Shown here: positions 57,812-64,000 of the stretch, in pieces
Layout of the letters: every line of letters starts with the position of its first letter
How positions within the stretch are numbered: position 1 is the first letter of the stretch
NCBI GenBank assembly: GCA_963719515.1
Contig: CAVRCJ010000003.1
Coordinates: forward strand, 640,001-704,000
Direction of reading: 5' to 3'
DNA from: an uncultured cyanobacterium
GTDB taxonomy: Bacteria > Cyanobacteriota > Cyanobacteriia > CAKZMO01
DNA length: 64,000 nt
Made by a program: the position numbers and the translations under genes
Notes under the pieces: generated by a model
Database searches by the model: none
Told to the model about the DNA's origin: nothing
The model's input: only the letters and a program-made list of their open reading frames with translations

Positions 57812-58243
57812 CTAATTAACCCCCGGTCCGCTACGCTTTGGGCTGCTGCAAAGCAAGTAGCTCAACACCTGCCCCTCGTGAGGGGTGATTCTCAAGCCCT
57901 CCTCTCGTACGGGAATCTGCGGCGTCCAGCGGTGTTGCTCGACGTAGCGCAGCACGTGCAGCATCCGGATGGCTCGCTCGACGGCTAGGGGAGAGCCGAT
58001 GATGATGTGATGCAGGTATTCGTCGGCGCTATCGGGGTCGGCAGCGCTGAGCTTGAGAATGCTTTCGGGCGCTGGATCAGCGTCGAGGTGAGGCTCGCTT
58101 AGGCGGTTGTGAAAACCGGCGGGGGTTTTGCCGGTCGGCTGCGGTGAGGACTGAGATTGCTCGGGCGAAACCTGCGCCTGCGGCATTGGAAATTGGGTCG
58201 CCGCTTCGCAGTAAAGGGACGACGGGCTGTGTTGAATTGTCAT
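57812..58243 (-). CDS. small hypothetical protein, HxxIGSP family copy 3
   Basis: MTIQH start; LHHIIIGSP..AIRMLHVLRYVEQHRWT..GLRITPHEGQVLSYL. Confidence 0.75.
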   Translation of the reverse strand: MTIQHSPSSLYCEAATQFPMPQAQVSPEQSQSSPQPTGKTPAGFHNRLSEPHLDADPAPESILKLSAADPDSADEYLHHIIIGSPLAVERAIRMLHVLRYVEQHRWTPQIPVREEGLRITPHEGQVLSYLLCSSPKRSGPGVN

Positions 58244-58341
58244 TCCACCAAGGCACGAGGGCGTCCTTCCAATCTACCCGGTTTTCCTCTCAAGGTCAGC
58301 GATCGCGGCCCGCCAAGGAAAGAGCCGCCGCTCCCAGTAGC

Positions 58342-59967
58342 TTAAGGAAATTCGAGCTGCCACAGCTCCAGCCCCAGCTCGCTGGGAATCAGTCTCACAG
58401 GCTGATAGACCGGCTGCAGCAGACCTTGGCCCTCTATCTGGCTTTTCAGGGCTGCAGACGGCGTAAACACAAAAGTCTGAGTCCCGGAGCGCCGCGCCGC
58501 CGTCAGCCAGTCTCCTGAAGGCGCGGAGGGCGCTTCCGCAGGCGGCACAATATAGATCGCGACATCTGGCTCAAGGCCATAGCTGAGGGAAATTAAATCT
58601 TGAATATGCTCAGCCTCTGCAACGAGCTGCGGGGAAGAGGTTTGATTGATGATGGCGGCGATCGCCGGGTTGCTGCGGTTGCGGCTTTTTTGGTAATTAG
58701 ACGCATGAGTGACCCCAATCAGACAGGACGCCAGGCTGACCGACAACACCACCGCCGCAAGAGCGCGCCAGCGGCGGGATGGGGAAAAAAGGCGATCGCT
58801 GAGACAGTAGGCCACGGCGATCAGCGCTCCGATTTGGGTGGGCATCAGGTAGCGCGGGGTTGCCGCTGCCTGCCCGCTGCGCAATAGGTCGATCAAGAGC
58901 AGCGCCGCCGGGGTTGCCAGCGCCCCCAGCGCCAAAAACCCGCCTAGCTTCGCCGGGGTTTGGCGCAGCAGCCGGCAGGCCGCATAGCCCATCAGGGCCA
59001 CAAACCCCGCCGCGATCGCCATCTGCCCCCCCAAGATGAGCGGCCTGCCTGTCGCCACCGGCACATCAAAAAACAGCACCGCTAGGCTGTAGTGCCAAAT
59101 TCCCACAATGGCCCACAGGGGCATGGGCTCCCGCATCCAAACGGTGTTGCCCTGCAGCACCTGCCAGTGGGTGACCACAACCCAGCACCAGGGCAGCAGC
59201 GACAGCAAGGCCGCCCCGGTCGCTGCCAGGTAGGCCCGCCGCCGCTTTGGGTGGAACAGCATCACGGCCAGTCCCTGACCCAGCAAAACAAAGAGGGTGA
59301 GGAGGGAGGTATAGAGGGTGAGGGTGAGGGTTACCCCATAGGCAAGCCACCACAGCCTGCGGCCTCCCTGGAGCGATCGCCACAGCGTGCCCAGCAGCAG
59401 CAGCAGCAGCAGCAGCCACAGGCTGTAGGGACGGGCCTCCTGGGCGTAGGCCACGAAGAAAGGCGAGACGGCCAAAAGGCCGGTAGCGGTCCAGACGATG
59501 GGGGAGCTTCGCCTCGCCTGTGAGCCGAATAGGGTGCCACAGGCCCACCCCATGGCGGGAAGCGTCAGCAGGCTGAACACCACAGACAGGCTGCGCATGG
59601 CGGCGGTGGTGGTGCCAAACTGACTGGCCCACAGCCGCATGAGGACAAAGTAGAGGGGCGCGTGCTCTGGACTTTGGGAAAGCACGCGGAGCAGGTCGCC
59701 CAGCGACGAGCCGGATTTAATGCGCTGGAAGTAAAGCAGGTCGGCGACGCTGAGGGGGAGGCTCTGGCTGGCCTGCTGGGCGAGCAGCTGCTGGGTAACC
59801 TCAGCGTAGGTGTAGCCAGACACCCGAATTGAGGTGGCCACTTCGTCTACCCAATACACCGCCTGGTCTAAGTTAACGAGCCGAAACAGCACCCCCAACG
59901 CCACCAGGCAGGCCACGATGCCGCCCCAGAGTTGACGCTGTGAATACCGTGCAGAAGCGAGAGTCAT
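58342..59967 (-). CDS. GT-C (family 39/PMT-like) membrane glycosyltransferase
   Basis: YWVDE, EHAPLYF, YAQEARPYSL, PRY, many TM helices. Confidence 0.88.
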   Translation of the reverse strand: MTLASARYSQRQLWGGIVACLVALGVLFRLVNLDQAVYWVDEVATSIRVSGYTYAEVTQQLLAQQASQSLPLSVADLLYFQRIKSGSSLGDLLRVLSQSPEHAPLYFVLMRLWASQFGTTTAAMRSLSVVFSLLTLPAMGWACGTLFGSQARRSSPIVWTATGLLAVSPFFVAYAQEARPYSLWLLLLLLLLGTLWRSLQGGRRLWWLAYGVTLTLTLYTSLLTLFVLLGQGLAVMLFHPKRRRAYLAATGAALLSLLPWCWVVVTHWQVLQGNTVWMREPMPLWAIVGIWHYSLAVLFFDVPVATGRPLILGGQMAIAAGFVALMGYAACRLLRQTPAKLGGFLALGALATPAALLLIDLLRSGQAAATPRYLMPTQIGALIAVAYCLSDRLFSPSRRWRALAAVVLSVSLASCLIGVTHASNYQKSRNRSNPAIAAIINQTSSPQLVAEAEHIQDLISLSYGLEPDVAIYIVPPAEAPSAPSGDWLTAARRSGTQTFVFTPSAALKSQIEGQGLLQPVYQPVRLIPSELGLELWQLEFP

Positions 59968-60040
59968 ACCGTTAGCGGCGGCCTGTTAGCTCACGTCATA
60001 ATAGGGCAAAGTGCCCCAAGCTGGGAGGCTGTGGCGCAGC

Positions 60041-60904
60041 TCAGTTGGCAGACTGAGCAACAAAGGTTTGAATAGCCTCAGCGTAGCGATCGCCCCCCAA
60101 TTCAGGCAGATTATTGTGGTCAGCTCCGTCAATCCACAATAGGGTCTTGGGACCAGGAGCTGCGTCATACAGGGTCTGGCTCATGTCGGCGGGCACCACG
60201 GTGTCGGCGGTGCCGTGCAGCAGCAGCAGGGGCGCGGGCAGCGATCGCACCTTGGATAGGGAGTCAAATCGCTGGTTGATTAGCCGGTCCAGGGGAAAAA
60301 TCGCGGCCAGCGGTGAGCGACCCACGACGGCCTGCAGGGAGGTAAACGAGCTCTCCAGAATCAGGCCGGCGGCCTCAGGATGCTGTGAGGCGAGGTGAAC
60401 GGCGATCGCCCCCCCGATGGAGCGGCCATAGAGGACGATGCGGTCAGCGGGAGCTTGCTCGCTCAAGTAGCGCCAGGCGGCCTCCGCGTCTTCGTACACC
60501 CGTGCCTCGTTGGGAAACGGCCCGGAGCTGCGTCCGTAGCCTCGGTAGTCGATGAGCAGAACGCCATAGCCCCACTGGTGAAACCGGCGGGCGCGGTTGA
60601 TTAAATCCCCCAGGTTGCTGCCGTTGCCGTGCAGGTAGAGGATGATGGGAGACCCCGCGGCGGCGGGAATCCACCAGCTGTGGATCTGACCATCGCCCAC
60701 GGGCAGCCAGATCTCTTCGTAGGCAAGCTGCACATCGGCGGGAGTCGCCTCTAGGGTGGCGGGGGGCCGGAAGATGAACCGGGTTTGGTAGCGCCACAGC
60801 GCCAGCCCTAGGAGGAGATAGAGGGCCGCGCCCAGTCCAAGAGCTAGGATCCCGGTCAGGCTTTTGGGGGCGATCGCTTTCGTTACTAGCGGTGGGGGTC
60901 TCAT
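60041..60904 (-). CDS. alpha/beta hydrolase
   Basis: LHGNG, DYRGYG, GRSIGG, HGTAD, GADH. Confidence 0.9.
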   Translation of the reverse strand: MRPPPLVTKAIAPKSLTGILALGLGAALYLLLGLALWRYQTRFIFRPPATLEATPADVQLAYEEIWLPVGDGQIHSWWIPAAAGSPIILYLHGNGSNLGDLINRARRFHQWGYGVLLIDYRGYGRSSGPFPNEARVYEDAEAAWRYLSEQAPADRIVLYGRSIGGAIAVHLASQHPEAAGLILESSFTSLQAVVGRSPLAAIFPLDRLINQRFDSLSKVRSLPAPLLLLHGTADTVVPADMSQTLYDAAPGPKTLLWIDGADHNNLPELGGDRYAEAIQTFVAQSAN

Positions 60905-60947
60905 AATGAGGGGAGTCGATGCTGTTTAACCAGCACTATAAACCCCA

Positions 60948-61328
60948 ATGAATTTAATGAAGGCGCTGCGAGGCAGCACAATGATGGGCTTGGGCTACAT
61001 GCTGTCGCCGCTCTCCTGGTGGAACGATTTGTTTTTCAATTTGCCCATCGCCCTAGCGTTTGGCTACGGCGTCAGCTGGCTCTATCCAGACTGGTTCTTG
61101 CCGGGGACGATAGCGGGCTACTGGCTCTCGAACGTGCTGGGCATTGTGATGATGCAGTTTGGCACCATGGATATGTTTTTGGCCGAGGAGCGCCGCAGTC
61201 TCAAGCGAGACTTGCTGATTGGGTGTGGTGGCGCAACGGTCTACACCCTGGTTGTCTCCGGGTTGATCTATTTTCACGTTTTAGAAATGCCGGACTTTTT
61301 GGCAGATCTAGCGACAAAGCGAGGATAA
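60948..61328 (+). CDS. hypothetical membrane protein
   Basis: LSPLSWWNDLFFNLP, GYWLSNVLG; hydrophobic. Confidence 0.7.
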   Translation: MNLMKALRGSTMMGLGYMLSPLSWWNDLFFNLPIALAFGYGVSWLYPDWFLPGTIAGYWLSNVLGIVMMQFGTMDMFLAEERRSLKRDLLIGCGGATVYTLVVSGLIYFHVLEMPDFLADLATKRG

Positions 61329-61430
61329 GCTGAAGGGCGCTGCGCGATCGCCGCTAATATATAGCTTTGGCCCCATTGCTTAGGACAATGTCGTGGGCTC
61401 AAACCCTCACATAGCATAGGCAATGCAGCG

Positions 61431-61460
61431 CGCAGGTGTCCTAAGCTTAGGACACCTGCG
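61431..61460. promoter_or_regulatory. perfect 30-bp palindrome
   Basis: CGCAGGTGTCCTAAG|CTTAGGACACCTGCG. Confidence 0.6.
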
Positions 61461-61522
61461 ATATAAACTCGGGGGTCTAGAGGCCCCCTACGTCAAACAT
61501 CTTTAATGACCCGGCATCCACC

Positions 61523-62536
61523 ATGGCAAACTGCCTCGTTACCGGCGGCCTCGGCTTCATCGGTCATCACCTCGTCGCCCTCCTGCAGGAACGGGGGCAT
61601 TCTGTCCGCATCCTGGACCTAGCCACGCCTCAGACGCGCCAGCCCGACATCGACTACGTCACTGGCTCCATCACCGACGCCGACGCCGTGCAGCGGGCTA
61701 CCCAAGGGGTGCAGCAGGTCTATCACCTGGCCGCCAACGCGGGGCTGTGGTCTCCTCGCAAGTCGGAGTTTGTCACCATCAACCAAACCGGCACCCGCAA
61801 CGTCATGGAGGCGGCGATCGCTTCTGGGGTCGAGCGCGTCGTCCACTGCTCCACCGAATCCATACTCAAAAGCGTCAAGCGGCCTGCATTGAACGAAGCG
61901 AACGGGGGCAAGACCGACGAAACCGTCTCCTTGACCCTAGAGGACATGGCCGGGGCCTACTGCCGGGGCAAGTTCGTCGCGGAGCAAGAAGCCTTTGCGG
62001 CGGCGGCACGCGGCCTCTCCGTCGTCATCGTCAACCCCACCGTGCCCATCGGACCGGGCGATCGCCGCATCACTCCCCCCACCCGCATGATGCTGGGCTT
62101 CCTCAACGGCGACTATCCCGCCTATCTGAACAGCACCCTCAACTTGATCGACGCCCGCGACGTGGCGCTCGGTCACGTCCTCGCCGCCGAGAAGGGGACG
62201 CCGGGAGAGCGCTACATCTTGGGCAACGCCAACCTGACCCTGGGAGAACTGCTGCGGCACCTAGAGGCAATTACGGGGCTACCCCTGCCCAAGCGGCAAA
62301 TTCCCTACTGGCTGGCCTTCGGCGTCAGCGCGGTGCAGGAGTTCATCGCCGACAACTTCACCAAGTCTCCCCCTTCGGCCCCGCTTACCGGGGTGAAGCT
62401 GGCGCGATCGCCCATGAGATTCGACAACACCAAGGCGCAGCGGCGGCTAGGGCTGACGTTTCGCCCCCTGGAAGATTCTCTTAAAGATGCGGTTGACGAC
62501 TACCGAGAGCGGGGACTGCTGACGCGATCTTCGTGA
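61523..62536 (+). CDS. NAD-dependent epimerase/dehydratase (HpnA/DFR-like)
   Basis: VTGGLGFIG, YHLAA, YCRGK, VNPTVPIGPGD, DARDVA. Confidence 0.88.
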   Translation: MANCLVTGGLGFIGHHLVALLQERGHSVRILDLATPQTRQPDIDYVTGSITDADAVQRATQGVQQVYHLAANAGLWSPRKSEFVTINQTGTRNVMEAAIASGVERVVHCSTESILKSVKRPALNEANGGKTDETVSLTLEDMAGAYCRGKFVAEQEAFAAAARGLSVVIVNPTVPIGPGDRRITPPTRMMLGFLNGDYPAYLNSTLNLIDARDVALGHVLAAEKGTPGERYILGNANLTLGELLRHLEAITGLPLPKRQIPYWLAFGVSAVQEFIADNFTKSPPSAPLTGVKLARSPMRFDNTKAQRRLGLTFRPLEDSLKDAVDDYRERGLLTRSS

Positions 62537-63903
62537 ACAGAATCGCGGCAGTCCCTAATCTCAGCGAAGCGGATTAGGGAAGGATAGCGCGTGAGCGTAG
62601 CGAACATAGTACGATTGTCTCAGTGCATACATCGAGTTATGGCAACACGCCGTGTAACGTATAGGCTCTACCCGACGACCCAGCAAGGGGCGATGCTGTT
62701 CGAGTGGCGGCGTCTTCATGCCTACCTGTACAACGCCTGCATAGAGCACCGCCGCACCAGCTACAAACAGCACGGGCAGTCTGTGGGCTACATCGACCAG
62801 CAAAACCTGCTACCTGCATTCAAGGAGTGCTGGCCAGAGTACAAAGCTTTGGGCAGTCATGCTTTGCAGGCTACGGTCAAGCGAGTAGACTTTGCGTTTC
62901 AGCGGTTCTTCAAAGGGCTAGGGAAGTATCCCAAGTTCAAGTCGATACGGCTGTTCTCTGGCTGGACCTATCCGTGCGGTTCTGGCTGGAAGGCGCTAAG
63001 CGATGGCATCAATGGTTGCCTGCAGCTATCAAACTTGGGCAAGATTCGGATGCGAGGACAAGCTCGTACCTGGGGGAGACCGACAACCTGCACGATTGTC
63101 TACCGGCCAAGTGAAGGGAAGTGGTACGCCTCCATCACCGTGGCGTGCAGCCCAGAGCGCCAAACCGCTGGCGGTGCTGTCGGGATAGACTTAGGCTGCA
63201 CTAATGCGGTGTCGTTCTCAGACGGCACCAAAGAGGAAAAGCCTGAGTTCATCAAAGCGGGCGATGTCGCGGTTAAGCAGGCCTGCAAGGTGCTGCGCCG
63301 CAAACGCAGGCCCAACCGCAAGCAGGGCGTCAAAGCCTCTAACCGCTGGCGCAAAGCCAGACGCAAAGTTTCCAAGATTCAACGCAAGGTAGCCAACCAG
63401 CGAGCGGATTGGTTGCACAAGCTCACCAGCAACATAGTTAGCCGTAATAGCCTAGTCGCCGGAGAGCAGCTTAACGTCAAGGGCATGACCCGCAAGGCCC
63501 GCAAAGGCAAGCGGAAACGTCAAAAAGCCGGTCTCAATCGCTCAATCCTGTCGGTGGGGTTTGCAAGGGTTAGACCGCTGCTGTCCTACAAGGAAGCTGA
63601 GGCGGGCGGATTCTATCTGGAGTCTCCTACCCGGCAGCTCAAGCCGTCCCAGCGCTGCGCTCAGTGCTGGGAGCTGACGCCCAAGACGTTGAGCGACCGT
63701 ATCCACCGATGCCAACACTGCGGCCATACCGAAGACCGCGATACCAATGCTGCTCAGGTCAATCTGATCTGGGCACGGGGGCAGGAATCTTCCCTCGCAA
63801 GCGCTGAGCCGCCTAGCTCTACCAACTGCGGAAGCATGAGGCAACTAGGGGCAATGAAGCGCACGAAACACCTAGCTCAGCGTAGCGGTTAGGTGTAGTT
63901 CAT
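62537..63903 (+). mobile_element. IS200/IS605-family element, TnpB only; left boundary approximate
   Basis: Left hairpin TCCCTAATC-TCAGCGAAGCG-GATTAGGGA; right hairpin ACACCTAGC-TCAGCGTAGCG-GTTAGGTGT followed by AGTTCAT ending at 63903. Confidence 0.8.
62639..63892 (+). CDS. tnpB: RNA-guided endonuclease TnpB (start moved to ATG 62639)
   Basis: TYRLYPT, GIDLG, GEQLN, CAQC..CQHC, DRDTNAA. Confidence 0.95.
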   Translation: MATRRVTYRLYPTTQQGAMLFEWRRLHAYLYNACIEHRRTSYKQHGQSVGYIDQQNLLPAFKECWPEYKALGSHALQATVKRVDFAFQRFFKGLGKYPKFKSIRLFSGWTYPCGSGWKALSDGINGCLQLSNLGKIRMRGQARTWGRPTTCTIVYRPSEGKWYASITVACSPERQTAGGAVGIDLGCTNAVSFSDGTKEEKPEFIKAGDVAVKQACKVLRRKRRPNRKQGVKASNRWRKARRKVSKIQRKVANQRADWLHKLTSNIVSRNSLVAGEQLNVKGMTRKARKGKRKRQKAGLNRSILSVGFARVRPLLSYKEAEAGGFYLESPTRQLKPSQRCAQCWELTPKTLSDRIHRCQHCGHTEDRDTNAAQVNLIWARGQESSLASAEPPSSTNCGSMRQLGAMKRTKHLAQRSG

Positions 63904-64000
63904 TTATCCTAGAACTTATCGCTGGGTAGGGGAACGTCAGGGCCAATCGCCTCAGCCGCATCCACAGCCTCAAGCAGTTGATTGACCTGGCCCACGTCTT

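Noticed and set aside
57385..57988. ORFs over tRNA-Leu and the TrmH extension
   Set aside because: These are shadow ORFs of the tRNA and intergenic DNA.
1..64000. Abundant GCGATCGC octamer
   Set aside because: This is the known cyanobacterial HIP1, useful only as a taxonomic cue.

Overview
Cyanobacterial chromosome segment, judged from dense HIP1 GCGATCGC sites and psb27. Most of it is housekeeping and stress genes: corA, a P-type ATPase, a COG0523 GTPase, GH63 and glycogen-debranching glucosidases, ureAB, queD, topoisomerase IB, arfB, psb27 and tRNA-Leu(CAG). The main novelty is an ~8.4 kb island (about 13.4-21.9 kb) bounded by a diverged 76-bp direct repeat of the debranching-gene 3' end. 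The island carries an EACC1-like gene plus a caspase::FGE/CLec fusion. The 3' end of the fusion is a DGR variable repeat, and its own template repeat lies 283 bp downstream (12 of 17 mismatches at TR adenines). No reverse transcriptase or avd gene is visible in the window, so this looks like a non-autonomous or truncated DGR. The island also holds a 14 x 21-bp array, an XPB helicase pair and nested miniature repeats. Other notable items: three paralogous small ORFs, two preceded by a similar structured RNA leader that can occlude the RBS; an Alg8/Alg44-like locus with two PL14-like lyases; two TnpB-only IS200/IS605 elements; and a cluster of single-base frameshifts at 44.9-47.9 kb that may be sequencing error. 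All calls come from reading motifs by eye; no database searches were run.
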